DNA of 64,000 nt from Octopus sinensis (GCF_006345805.1 NC_043000.1:117676001-117740000), one strand, 5' to 3'. Counted from the stretch's first letter, positions 1 to 11,585 are shown. Numbers and translations are program-made. The notes: generated by a model not told the origin, from the letters alone.

Positions 1-165
1 CAACAGTGGAGAGTGGCCTTGAGCTGGTCACGGAAACAGAATTTGGTGGCTCCGCATGATCTGGTGCCTGAGGCTAACTTCGCAAAAGGAGTTGACTTGG
101 AGGTGCATTTCAGCCATACGTATGATGTGTCTCAAACGGCGGAGGCGTTGCTGAGCCGTTAATGC
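1..165 (-). mobile_element. RTE-clade LINE ORF2 C-terminal relic (frameshifted)
   Basis: Manual minus-strand translation gives QQRLRRLRHIIRM then, in another frame, LASGTRSCGATKFCFRDQLKATL. This matches the RLRWxGHxxRM...GxRxxGRPxxRxxDxLK end of RTE ORF2. Confidence 0.55.
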
Positions 166-557
166 AAGGGAAATAACTATTCTTTCACAGCATAAAGTGG
201 GATATGAATCTGCATTGGAAAATTAAGGAGTGCGGGGAAGAAGATATATAGAGTCCCCATATTTATTCTTTCATCTATGACGAAACCCTTTCTAGTTAGT
301 GGTAATCATGCATAGGACTATTTCATTCTTTTTAGAAATCTTAATTATCCAAGAAATACAAAATAATCAAGAGTGACGCCGTGGATGATACTATACTCTC
401 TTCACTTCTATTTCAGTAAGTAAACTAAAGATACAGACGAAAGAATCGACATAACAATTCTGAATAAAAGAATGCCGAGTAAAAGTTTATAATCCAGCTC
501 CTGATCTATTTAGCTACTACGCTCCAATAGAAACCGAATTTTTCTTTCTTTCTGCCG

Positions 558-1075
558 TTAACCCTCCAACGCGGAGTATAGGCCAATTATAACTGAATTC
601 CATGTCGCATAATTTTTCGCTTCTGTACTTATACTCTGCCGTGAATGTCCCCCTTTCTCTAGTTCCTTTTGTGTTGATCTCCGCCACGAGTTCTTAGGCC
701 TACCTCTCCTTCTATATCCATCCGGTTTCCACCGTAAAGCACTTTTTGCTACATTTAGTGTGTCTTTTCTAATTGTGATACCAATCCGCTTCCACTTTTT
801 CTTAAATATTTGTTCCCTAATCGAAACTTTATTTGTTCTTTGCCATAACTCCATATTGCTTATGTGTTCGGGCCATCTAATTTTAAGTATACTACGCAAA
901 CATCTGTTGATGAATGATTGTATTTGCTTATTTGACTTAACTGTCGTTCGCCATGTCTCAGCCCCATACAATAACACTGCTTTTACGCTAGTGTTAAAAA
1001 TTCTTATTTTGTTCTTTATTGAAATTACATTTGCGCTCCATACTTTCTTGCCTCGTCTTAATATCTTCGTCAATA
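558..1075 (-). mobile_element. RTE-clade LINE, 5'-truncated ORF2 C-terminus
   Basis: ORF 558-1148 contains KIRIFNTSVKAVLLYGAETW...RCLRSILKIRWPEHISNMELW...ALRWKPDGYRRRGRPKNSWRR, the characteristic post-RT region of RTE-type LINEs. Confidence 0.85.
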
Positions 1076-1401
1076 GAAACCGAATAGAAACTTTATAATT
1101 TGGACACAAGGCCAGCAATTTTTCAGGGGAAGAAGAAGTCGACCTCAATGTTCACAGTGGAATTTGAACTTGTCTAGAGCCGGAAGAAATGCCGCTAAGC
1201 ATTTTGTCCGATTCTGCCAGCTCACTGACTTGAGGTCTTTTATAGTAGCTGCAACATCGTGAGTTATATGACAATGAGGATTTTTCTTGTAAGTCTGTTC
1301 TTTGCAAAGGTTAACTAAAACCAACGCTGCATTTACCATTATGTAAAATAAATACATGCTCAGGCCATCAATGGGAGGAGGGCACCACAGAAATAGTAAC
1401 G

Positions 1402-1815
1402 CGGCGAGCTGGCTGAAACGTTAGCACGCTGGACGAAATGCTAAACGGTATTTCGTCTGTCGCTGCTTTCTGAGTTCAAATTCCACCGAGGTCGACTTTG
1501 CCTTTCATCCTTTCGGGGTTGATAAATTAAGTACCAGTTACGCACTGGGGTCGATATAATCGACTTAATCCGTCTGTCTGTCCTTGTTTGTCTCCTCTGT
1601 GTTTAGCCCCTTGTGGGTAGTAAAGAAATAAGTATTTCGTCTGCCGTTACGTTCTGAGTTCAAATTCCATCGAGGTCGATTTTGCCTTTCATCCTTTCGG
1701 GTTCGATAATTTAAGCACCAGTTACTCACTGGTGTCGATGTAATCGACTTCATCCCTTTGTCTGACCTTGTTTTTCCCCTCTATTCTTAGCCCCTTGTGG
1801 ACAATAAAGAAATAA
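1402..1815 (+). mobile_element. tRNA-derived SINE family A (Meta-domain-like core), tandem dimer
   Basis: B-box-like GAGTTCAAATTCC, core GTCGACTTTGCCTTTCATCCTTTCGGGGTCGAT; second unit restarts at GTATTTCGTCTG 184 bp later (1448, 1632). Confidence 0.8.
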
Positions 1816-2029
1816 GAAATAGTAAATGGTTTACGACACAAAGAAAATCACTTTAACCTTGCAAAAATAAAATTCGAAGTGGTTTATATGATCGGAAATA
1901 TAATTTCGAAGTGATGATGGTGTCATAGGGATGATCTGATCAAAGACTTTGCAATTATAAAAAATAAAATAAATAAATATAAAACGCAAGAGAAAACTTT
2001 TCAAATATAAATAAAATAGAAATATAGAA

Positions 2030-2455
2030 GGCGTAGGAGTGGCTGTGTGGTAAGTAGCTTGCTTACCAGCCACAGGGTTTCGGGTTCCGGGTTCATTCCC
2101 ACTGCGTGGCACTTTGGGCAAGTGTCTTCTACTATAGCCTCGGGCCGACCAAAGCCTTTTGAGTGGATTTGCTAGACGGAAACTAAAAGAAGCCCGTCGT
2201 ATATATGTATATGTATATATATATATGTATGTATGTGTGTGTGTTTATGTGTTTCTGTTTGTCACCCCCCCCCCCAACATCGCTTGACAACCGATGCTGG
2301 TGCGTTTACGTTACCGTAACTTAGCGGTTCGGCAAAAGAGACCGATAAAATAAGTACTAGGCTTACAAAGAACAAGTCCTGGGGTCGATTTGCTCGAATA
2401 AAGGCGGTGCTCCAGCATGGCCGCAGTCAAATGACTGAAACAATTAAAAGAGTAA
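2030..2455 (+). mobile_element. tRNA-derived SINE family B (CORE-like) with central microsatellite
   Basis: Head GGAGTGGCTGTGTGGTAAG...GGGTTCA, CORE-like CTTTGGGCAAGTG, internal (TA)/(TG) tract, 3' half ending GACTGAAACAA(G)TAAAAGAG; more than 12 further copies in the window. Confidence 0.8.
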
Positions 2456-2863
2456 AAATAAACATTATTTTCCATCTTATTTTTAGTTTTCTTTCATTTT
2501 GAGAAATTGAAATTTATTTTAAGATTTTTTATTGCTTATATTTTTATTTACAAAATTACCAAAAAGTGGGGTGACTAAAATCTTTTGGATGTTAGGGCCT
2601 CTGAGGCTCTTGATCCGGCCCCTATATAAAAGGGTACTAAGGAAAAAGGAAATAAAGTAGAAATGTAGAAAAATAAACATTATTTTCCATCTTGTTTTTA
2701 ACTTACTTTCATTTTGAGAAATTGAAATTTATTTAAAATTTTTTTATTGCTTTTATTTTTAATTACAAAAAAAAAATGGGGTGACTAAAATCTTTTGGAT
2801 GTTAGGGCCTCTGAGGCTCTTAATCCGGCCCCTATATAAAAGGGTACTAAGAAAAAGGGAAAT
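2454..2863. repeat. Tandem duplication, 2 x ~215 bp
   Basis: Units start AAAAATAAACATTATTTTCCATCTT at ~2454 and 2669; both contain an almost identical GGGGTGACTAAAATC...ATCCGGCCCCTATATAAAAGGGTACTAAG. Confidence 0.85.
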
Positions 2864-3714
2864 ATGTCTGGACATTATATAACCAGATCTATTTCTCAGG
2901 CAGGAAAAGCGAAAAACCGACATTATTAGAGATGGAGAGCTAAAACGTTGTATGTAGGTGTTCGCAAGTTAATGTCACATGACCTAAACATCAACGTCAT
3001 AATTTTTTATTGTTTTGTTTTTGGCGCTCGTCTCGTAATTGGCTCTTTGACGGTTATTATATAGTCAAGTATCACGAGATGTTTATCAAACATTAACTTA
3101 TATCTACATACTTATAATACTGCCTATGACACCACGACCTCTGCTTCTAATGAACCAAACTGATGTCTAAAGCTGGAATTTCGAAATGACAGTACGTAAT
3201 TATATTTACAGAAAGTTACAATCCCCGTATACCATTATTATTTTCTAAAACTAACGAATGTCAATGATTAATGTAGATTTAAAAAACATTTTCAAACGAC
3301 TTCCTTGTGGTATTTTGATAGAATATATTATCAGTCTATCCTTTCGTCATCAACATTATAGTTGGCTTTTTTTATATTTTATATTCTTTTTATTTACTTC
3401 TTCTTTCTTCCTCCTCCTCTTTTTCCTCCTTCACCTTCACCTCTCCTCCTCTTTTTTCAATATTTCTACCATCGTCATAAGCCTGGAGAACCGCCATGTT
3501 TTGGTTTTACGCCTTGAGTTTACTGATAAAAGATGTTTTTAATCAACAAAAAAATTATGATATTAACAGGAACACAATAGCGTAGCGAGCGTGTATGCCG
3601 TCTGGAAAACCCCTTGAGTTTGCCGTTGTCACCCCCTTACCACCACCACCGCCGCCGCCGCCGCCACCACTACACATGCTTATATAGCAAACTCAAAAGG
3701 GCCACTCCATAAAA

Positions 3715-4110
3715 ATACCTATTTCTTTACTACCCACAAGGAGCTAAACACAGAGAGGACAAACAAGGACAAACAAACGGATTAAGTCGATTATATCGAC
3801 CCCAGTGCGAAACTGGTATTTATTTAATCGACTCCAAAAGGATGAAAAGCAAAGTCGACCTCGGCGGAATTTTAACTCAGAACGTAAAGAACAGGCGAAA
3901 TACCTATTTCTTTACTCCCCACAACGGGCTAAACACAGAGTGGACAAACAAGGACAGACAAACGGATTAAGTCGATTATATCGACCGCAGTGCGTAACTG
4001 GTACTTATTTAATCGACCCCGGCGGAATTTGAACTCAGAACGTAGGGGCAGACGAAATACCGCCTAGCATTTCGCCCGGCGTGCTAACGTTTCTGCCAGC
4101 TCACCGCCTT
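3715..4110 (-). mobile_element. SINE family A, tandem units
   Basis: Reverse complement of the family A unit, repeated. Confidence 0.8.
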
Positions 4111-4307
4111 AACTCCATAAAAATACCGTCCTCGTAAAAAGTGGAAACTGTGTAGAAAACCCGTCGCATATGTGCGCACACGTGCTTGTGGGGAGCTTAT
4201 GTATATAAGTGTGTTAGTCCCCCGCTTCACAGCCGGTCTTGGGTTCTTTACGGCTTCATAACTTAGCAATTCAGCAAAACAGACCGTTGACAGGAGCCTC
4301 AGGATAC

Positions 4308-4535
4308 AGGCGGCGAGCTGGCAGAAACGTTAGCACGTCGGGCGAAATGCTTAGCAGTATTTCGTCTGCCGTTACGTTCTGAGTTCAAATTCCGCCGAGG
4401 TCGACTCTGCCTTTCATCCTTTCGGGGTCGATAAATTAAGTTACGCACTGGAGTCGATGTAATTGACTTAATCCTTTTGTTTGTCCTTGTTTGTCCTCTC
4501 TGTGTTTAGCCCCTTGTGGACAATAAAGAAATAAG
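4308..4535 (+). mobile_element. SINE family A copy
   Basis: Full head GGCGAGCTGGCAGAAACGTTAGC through tail CCCCTTGTGGACAATAAAGAAATAAG. Confidence 0.8.
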
Positions 4536-4536
4536 G

Positions 4537-5039
4537 AGCTCCAGGATACACCATTCATATCAACAAGTTCGTCAGTTGTTCGGCAACGGTTCTCCACGGC
4601 CAGTTCATGAATTTTCATGATGTTTTCATTCGTTCGGGAGGTCGACGGTCGGCCTGAACGAGGTCGGCCTTCAAGCGACGAGTGGCCATTCCAAAAGCGC
4701 GAAGACCACTCGTAAACTTGTGTTGTGCTCATGGTAGCGTCTTTGTGAGTTGTTTGAAGCATGACAACTGCTTCGGCCGCTGTCTCCCCCACCACCAGCA
4801 GAAAACAGAACTTCACAGAAGCACGCAGTTCCTTCGTTTCAGCCATCGCAAAAATCGACGAACAAGGGAGAAGCATTGCAAAACAAAGACGCACCAAGTG
4901 ACAGTACGACTTAAGACGCCGCTGCCGGTCGGTAGACTGATACCTGAAGGCCGCATCAAGTGGCTTCTAGCGGCGAAAGCCTGAACTGCGACGGGCTTGT
5001 CCCATAGTGACGTTTCCGGTTACTTTTGGGCACCTCCTC

Positions 5040-5040
<1 letters not shown>
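4537..5040 (-). mobile_element. mariner transposon 5' fragment (TIR + transposase N-terminus)
   Basis: TA-CGAGGAGGTGCCCAAAAGTAACCGGAA terminus at 5042-5012. ATG at 4846 gives MAETKELRASVKFC...MSTTQVYEWSSRF...GRPRSGRPSTS, the mariner HTH region. Confidence 0.85.
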
Positions 5041-5084
<44 letters not shown>

Positions 5085-5118
5085 ATATGTGTGTATATAT
5101 ATATATTATATATATATA

Positions 5119-5210
<92 letters not shown>

Positions 5211-5265
5211 GTATATAATATATATATATATATACATACATATCTCTCTCTCTCTCTCTCTCTCT

Positions 5266-5288
<23 letters not shown>
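5041..5288. repeat. Composite (TA)/(TG)/(TC) microsatellite
   Basis: Directly visible; a similar composite tract lies at 9197-9425 on the other side of the Penelope-like element. Confidence 0.95.
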
Positions 5289-5297
<9 letters not shown>

Positions 5298-5523
5298 GTG
5301 AATGGAAGAAATGGAGTTGAACGAAGATTGTACAGAATTCCTTTTATTACATTCCACACATGTTTCAAAGGCCACAATTTTCCAAATTCTGATTAAATAA
5401 GGATACCATATTGCAGCTTTCTCTTCAGGAAAAACCAGGAATTACGTCGTCAGAACAAAACAAATCAAAGGCGCAGCAAAGCAATTCGAACGAGGACGCT
5501 CCTTAAGAGCCCATGGGTAAAAT
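5289..5523 (-). repeat. 3' pseudo-LTR of the PLE
   Basis: Matches 8962-9196 at offset 3673, except GTCGTCAG/GTTGTCAG and CAAATCAAAG/CAAAACAAAG. Confidence 0.95.
5336..5443 (-). ncRNA. Hammerhead-ribozyme-like fold in 3' pLTR (non-canonical G at cleavage position)
   Basis: Minus strand: CTGAAGA (5428-5422), stem II GAAAGCTGCAAT/ATTGTGGCCTTT (11 of 12 pairs incl. GU), GAAA (5366-5363), C-ATGT-G-T-G, stem I TTC/GAA plus AATTCCT/AGGAATT. Confidence 0.55.
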
Positions 5524-6049
5524 GTTTATCAATGTACGTTGGTGGGGGCCGACAAAAGGTCCGTTGGAATAAATCCAGGTCAGGCCGCGGTCAAATCTAG
5601 TAGGTGAGGAATTAATGAGAACAAGGGGTGTGGAGATGTTCTGTGTGACCAAAGCTAATGTTCTGATTATTTTAAGAATACAGGGTGTATTTTTTAGGTG
5701 CGAGACAATACCTACCTAAAAGCATGTATGTGTATACTAGCCTATGTGTGCGCCGCTGTATGTTGGCGAGGGGCGCTAGATAATGAGCACTGCTGAAAAA
5801 AGCCTGTCAGGCGGCTGAAATAATTCTGTGTTCGTGTGTCCGTCTGTGGCCTGCTTGTCTAAAATTATCATCGTCAAAGAATCAGGAGGGTATATAATTC
5901 CAGCGTTTGCTTCTAAAAAAACCGACCAATCGCCTAAGGGGAGTAATTTCCCCTTGCAAGAGATATTCAGAGATTTTTTAAAAAGTTTTTTCCAAATATT
6001 ATTTCCAAAAATTATTTTCATATTAATAGAGTATCAATTGTCTTAGGTA

Positions 6050-8763
6050 TCATTTATATGTAAGATAAGTATGACGCCGCCAATGGGGACATCGAAAAGC
6101 AGTCTGTAAAAGCCCGTTTACCAAACGGCCTCTGGCGAACAATATGTGGAAAAGCTCAGAGTTATAAAGATTACACATCCTTCTGCCTCTATAAAACGGG
6201 AGGGCCACCGACAAAATCGACCATTCCAGCCTAAAAACTGAATTCGCGTTCTTCAAACGCCAGATAAGTTTGCTAAGTCCTGTGGCTTGGTATTTATTAA
6301 CGTCGCGAAAAGTTGCGAAATGGTTCGATATTCTCAAGGCCAATTTTGACGATGAGGCCCCGACATACGAGTAGACATCCGAATCCGTGTAAACATTGCA
6401 TTGGTAAATGGCATTTCTGATCTTGGAGTTACTAGACAAGAACCTTATTCTATTGGGATTAGCTTCTGATATTAATACTGCGTTCCTATTACTATATTGA
6501 CTGTGAGAACTGCGGCCGCCTACTACATTATACTCCTCATTATCAATACTAATTAACGGACTATCCCCTGTGTAATCCCTATCACTGAGAACGCTGTGAT
6601 TGCTAGTATCCGTGGACCTACTATTGTCGGAAACGTTGCTAAAGTTGCTATTAAGACTCTCTACATTAATGACCCGAACTGCGCTCACCTCCCTATTACC
6701 ATTACTAACGTTATTAACATCACCATTTCTTCTATCGTTAATCCTATTATTTACTCCCTGGTTGGTACTGAGATTACCAGTCACTGTACTGGCTCTTTTA
6801 TCATTATTACTACTATTATTATTCCTACTGCGCGTTAAGCTGGAATTAGACGGAGCTGCGCCTCCGGACAATGGTGATAGGGTCTTAATAAGCAGCCTAT
6901 TATTATGGGAGGCGATTATCTGGGAAAGGTTTTTGTGTTGGAGAAAGCTACCTAACTTTATGTGAGTTAACCGTGGAGTAATATTTGGAATTTCTGGAAA
7001 AATTACTGGCAAAGGCTTGGCGAAACAGGAGGGGAAGATTAGTTCTAATCTGCTTACCAAAGGGAATTACAAACCAGATATGTTTATTCCTATTTTTGTG
7101 AGGAGTCGGGGTGCCAGCTCTGACATTAAGGTGGGTGATTCTAGGTTGAATAAAAGGTTTTGGTTTAGTATGACCTCCCCCGGACCGTAAATTATCTATG
7201 TTCCCTAAATTAAATCCAGAAGTACCTGCTCCAACACTCCCCCCGCTCCCATCACTACTTAAATTATTTATGTTATTATAGACGGCCCTATCCTGATGAC
7301 CGAATGGTGGCATCGGAAGGGCTGGATCAATATATACTACCTTCTGCCTATAACCGGCTTTGGATAGTGCGGCGTTATAAAATTCCGCTTTCTACATAAA
7401 AATGTCGACACTAGCGGACAAATTAGACAATCTTAGAGAGATGTTTTTAACCAAATTGTCTGTTATAGTTTTGGCATGGTTGGAGAAGACACTAACATAC
7501 TTTAAATTAGTGGAAGGCTTATGGTAAGGGCAGTATGAATCGTTATGGAGGTTTAGTGTGACGTCTAGGAAATTAGCCTTAGTAAGTTCATTATCAAAAA
7601 CTATATTCATGCCCATTCTATTAAAGAACCTAGCTAACCTATTTTTAGTTTTCTGTACGAGTCTGTTCGTGGTGTTTTGCAGGTAAAACAGACAATCGTC
7701 ACGATACAGGCCGCCCGCGATGTCCGGGAATTGATCGGATAATTCGTAGAGAATATAGATTCCGACCAAATCGGCTATCTGCGCGCTATCCGAACTACCC
7801 ATAGGCACATCGAATTCGTTGGGAGTATCTTTACGAATCCACAACTTATTTTCAAACTTTATAAATGATTTTCTGGCAACTAAAATAATATCAATTTCTT
7901 CTCTAGTGAGGCCTGCCTTGTTGTGAGCATGCCACAGGGCCTTATTTAGTACACTAGGGTTAATCGAGGGGTAGAAGCTAGCAATATCAAACTGAATAAA
8001 CCTAGTACGGTTCTTATTAGGGATGGAAGAGAACCACTTCACGACCTGCGAGGAGTTAGCCCAGAGGCTAAGCTACAGCTTATTTACTAAACTAGGGATA
8101 TATTTATCTAAAATATACTTACTGATGGTCCCGATATCGGAACTAGCAGGGCATATGAGTCTTAACGCTGGGTTGGTGTAGAAATTCGGTTTGTAGTCCT
8201 TCACTATGAATCTAGGTTGTTTAGGGCTAAGCGGCTGCGTTCTCATTTGAATTCCGTATTTAAACATTATTTCCTTAATCTCCAAGTTAACTTTTCTCAG
8301 TGTGTTCCAATTAGTTGTTCTATAATTCTTCTTGATCTCTTTTCCGAGTAAATCTAAGTACTGTCTAATGGGTAACTTATATGTGTTCCTTGTCTTGTCA
8401 GACTGGACCAAGATTCCATCCGACCTATTAATATCCTTGGTAATTTTTTCTAGGTATCTGAGGTGTTCGTCTCTCCTGGGTGACTTCCTGAACTTAATCT
8501 TCCTTACGATGTCCCACAAGTCATCCTCAAACTTCTTCAGCCTTGGGTTAGGTGGCGGTGTATCCATCGACTTAAAAAAGCCCACAATATTCGGACGATG
8601 CTGCTGCCCGGTTCAATTTTAGATCCTCGTTCTCATGGAAGAAAACAAGCCATCTAATCCGGTTTATGGAAGCGTTAGTTTTGCAAACCAATTCCTTAAG
8701 GAAGGCATCCTTCGGTGGTATAGGAATATCCTTAAGGGACGCATCAATCTCGAACAACTCCAT
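6050..8763 (-). pseudogene. PLE reverse transcriptase-GIY-YIG polyprotein ORF, disrupted
   Basis: Pieces 8763-8572, 8585-8073, 8042-7392, 7313-6948 and 7060-6050 join into one protein. Lesions: a frameshift in the T-run at ~8572-8579, in-frame TAG at 8073-8075 and 7392-7394, and a frameshift at ~6950. Confidence 0.9.
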
Positions 8764-8961
8764 TTTCGGTATCGGTTAATGTAGCAGTTTCTTGGCGAAG
8801 CGGTATGTGTTTGTTGAAATGGAAAGATGAATTATCTTGTTACGGATTATTCAAAAGTTTAACCGATACCTGAGTAGCAAAAATCACAGCAGAAAAAACA
8901 CGGTTGGAGATAAGACCAAATGGTTTTGCAACCGTGCGTTGGTGCGGATAATTGAAGTTTA

Positions 8962-9196
8962 ATATAATTAGTGAATGGAAGAAATGGAGTTGAACGAAGA
9001 TTGTACAGAATTCCTTTTATTACATTCCACACATGTTTCAAAGGCCACAATTTTCCAAATTCTGATTAAATAAGGATACCATATTGCAGCTTTCTCTTCA
9101 GGAAAAACCAGGAATTACGTTGTCAGAACAAAACAAAACAAAGGCGCAGCAAAGCAATTCGAACGAGGACGCTCCTTAAGAGCCCATGGGTAAAAT
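8962..9196 (-). repeat. 5' pseudo-LTR of the PLE
   Basis: Direct repeat of 5289-5523; ORF-track peptides 5150-5377 and 8859-9050 share MWPLKHVWNVIKGILYNLRSTPFLPFTNYI. Confidence 0.95.
9009..9116 (-). ncRNA. Hammerhead-ribozyme-like fold in 5' pLTR
   Basis: Identical to the 5336-5443 motif. Confidence 0.55.
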
Positions 9197-9210
9197 ATAT
9201 ATATTATGTG

Positions 9211-9251
<41 letters not shown>

Positions 9252-9278
9252 TATTATATATATATATATATATATACA

Positions 9279-9316
<38 letters not shown>

Positions 9317-9324
9317 CATGTGTG

Positions 9325-9396
<72 letters not shown>

Positions 9397-9761
9397 TATA
9401 TGTATGTATGTATAATATATATATTGAGAGAGAGGCGGGGTTAGTTACAGGATTCATTAGAATCTAGGCGCATTAATTAATACGCAGAACTCCAGAACTG
9501 GTTACGTACAATAATATAGAGTTCATAGTGAGTTAAAACAACCACGAGGTATCATGTGACGGTACCCTGTTGCAGATATGTAGATATATCCAATTTAAAC
9601 CGTAGATCCAACTCAGCGTAGATGTAAAGAGAAAATTTACAAATGGGGTTTCAAACTTACGATAGCTGTTTCGGTAGAATTTTATTGATGAATTCATAAA
9701 TGGCATCATAATGTAAATGATGTCATCATCAAGGTTTTACGTTGCCCATTTATACGTATTT

Positions 9762-9878
9762 AAAATTTTATCTGAAGATGGTGGATTTATATTATGACGT
9801 AATTTTATCTGAAGATGGTGGATTTATATTATGACGTAATGTATGAATGCTTCTGAAACGGCTGTCGTAAATTTTAAA
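9762..9878 (+). ncRNA. Type I hammerhead-like motif with duplicated catalytic-core segment, in a probable solo pLTR fragment (~9425-9890)
   Basis: AATTTTAT-CTGAAGA-T...GAAA-C-GGCT-G-TC-GTAAATTTTAAA; a 37-bp tandem duplication (9764-9800, 9801-9837) copies the CTGAAGA box; stem II is imperfect. Confidence 0.5.
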
Positions 9879-10319
9879 CCTTACGCCTGTTTTTATGTGT
9901 GTTTATGCATGTGCCTCAGCATTAGTTGTTGTTGTCGATGTTGTTGCTGTCACTGTTTTTTAAGAAACAATAGTTGAAATGGTAGTTTTTTTTTGTGTGT
10001 GTGTTTATGCATGTGCAAAATCCAGATTTTGCTCTCCGGTGTCGTCAGAGGATATTTATAACTTATATTCATGGACTCCAGACGTTACTGAAAAGGACTT
10101 CGGTGTGTTATCATTGAGTGTACTTTCAATAGCATTTCCATATCTTTCGTAGATATATATATGACTTGTAAGAAACTACGATGATAATAATAATCTAAAA
10201 ATTAGAGGTTATTTTATCAGGAGATTCTGTTTGATCATCCATATAAACACTATTATACCTTGACTAACACCCAAGCGTTCATACATATGCACACGCTTTT
10301 TTTTTTTAGTAGTTTTATA

Positions 10320-10538
10320 TATTAACTTTTACTTGTTTCAGTCATTGGACTGTGACCATTCTGAGGCATTGTCTTGAAAGCTTAGCCGAACAAACCTACT
10401 GCCACGACTTAGTTTTAAGCTTGTTATTTATTTTATCGGTGTCTTTTGCTGAGCCGCTATGTTACGGGGATGCAAACAAAGCAATACCGGTGTCAAGCTG
10501 TGATGGGAAATAAACTCAAATACAAAGACACACACACA

Positions 10539-10621
<83 letters not shown>

Positions 10622-10790
10622 TATATATACGACGGGCTTCCACACAGTTTCCGATTACGGAATTCACTTATAAGGTATTGGTCGGTCTGGGGCTATAATA
10701 GAAAGACATTTGCTCAAGGTGTCGCGCTGTAGAAGTGAACTTGAAACCGCGGGGTTGCAAAGCGAGCTTCCTAACCCCAAAGCCATGCTT
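10320..10790 (-). mobile_element. SINE family B copy
   Basis: Both halves present with a central (CA)n/(TA)n tract. Confidence 0.75.
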
Positions 10791-11059
10791 GTGCTTATGA
10801 AATAAACTATGCATAAAAGTTAAGACTGACCTGGGGCCAAACAGCAAGAGCCACAACTCATTTGTTCACTAGACCTCTAGAATGGACGGAATGTGAAGAT
10901 TTTCTTATCACGAATCTGAAATTATGTAATTTCCAGTTGACCACTGTCCCAAGCAATTTCTCCAATGGCTAAAGCAATTTCTTGTATAACAAATCTCTCA
11001 GAAAGATAACCTCTGATTTGAGGTAATTCCACTGGGTGCATTATCAGAACACTTTCCCA

Positions 11060-11585
11060 AGGCGGCCAGCTTGCTGAATCGTTACCACGCCGGACAATAT
11101 AGTCGGTGACATTTCTTCCGGTTTTACATTATAAATTCAAATGATGCCAAGTCGACTCTGCCTTTCATCCTTTTGACGCCGGTCAAGGAAATCGACAAGA
11201 CCCCTACCCCAAAATTCAAGGCCTTGTGTCTATTGTAGAAAGTATTATCAAACCCCTCTCCTAAGGCGGTCAACTGGCAGAATCGTTAGCACGGTGGACA
11301 AGATGCTTAGGGGCTTTTCTTCCAGTTTTACATTCTAAGTTCAAATGATGCCAAGGTCGGATCTACCTTTTCTCCTTTCTTTGTCGATAAAATAAAATAC
11401 CAATGAACTCGAGGGTCGTGTAAATCGACCTCCCCACTGGTCCTATAATTTCAGGCTTTGCGCCTATAGTATTATTATTTATAAATAAAAGGTGATGAGC
11501 TGGCAGAATTGTTAGCAAGCCGGACAAAATACTTAACGATATTTCTTCTGGTTTTAACATCTAAGTTCAAATTCCTCTGAGGTCG

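Larger units (their letters stand above)
5289..9196 (-). mobile_element. Full-length Penelope-like retroelement (PLE; resembles Naiad-type RT + C-terminal GIY-YIG), 3908 bp
   Basis: 235-bp direct repeats at 5289-5523 and 8962-9196 (2 mismatches) enclose RT motifs FDIASFYPSI, PMGSSDSAQIADL, YRDD, FLDV and GIY-YIG motifs AIYQC...YVG...RISNH. Confidence 0.93.

Noticed and set aside
7285-7330. Plus-strand CTGATGA-CCGA...TCGG-AAGGGC hammerhead-like string
   Set aside because: No GAAA box or NUH; it lies antisense within the PLE coding region.
7392-8075. Selenocysteine or readthrough explanation for PLE in-frame stops
   Set aside because: Both stops are TAG, not TGA, at positions where CAG (Gln) fits; ordinary C-to-T nonsense changes are likelier.
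8570-8582. UUUUUUA slippery heptamer at the first PLE frameshift
   Set aside because: The junction needs a +1 shift and the heptamer is not in the frame required for -1 frameshifting; a homopolymer indel is simpler.
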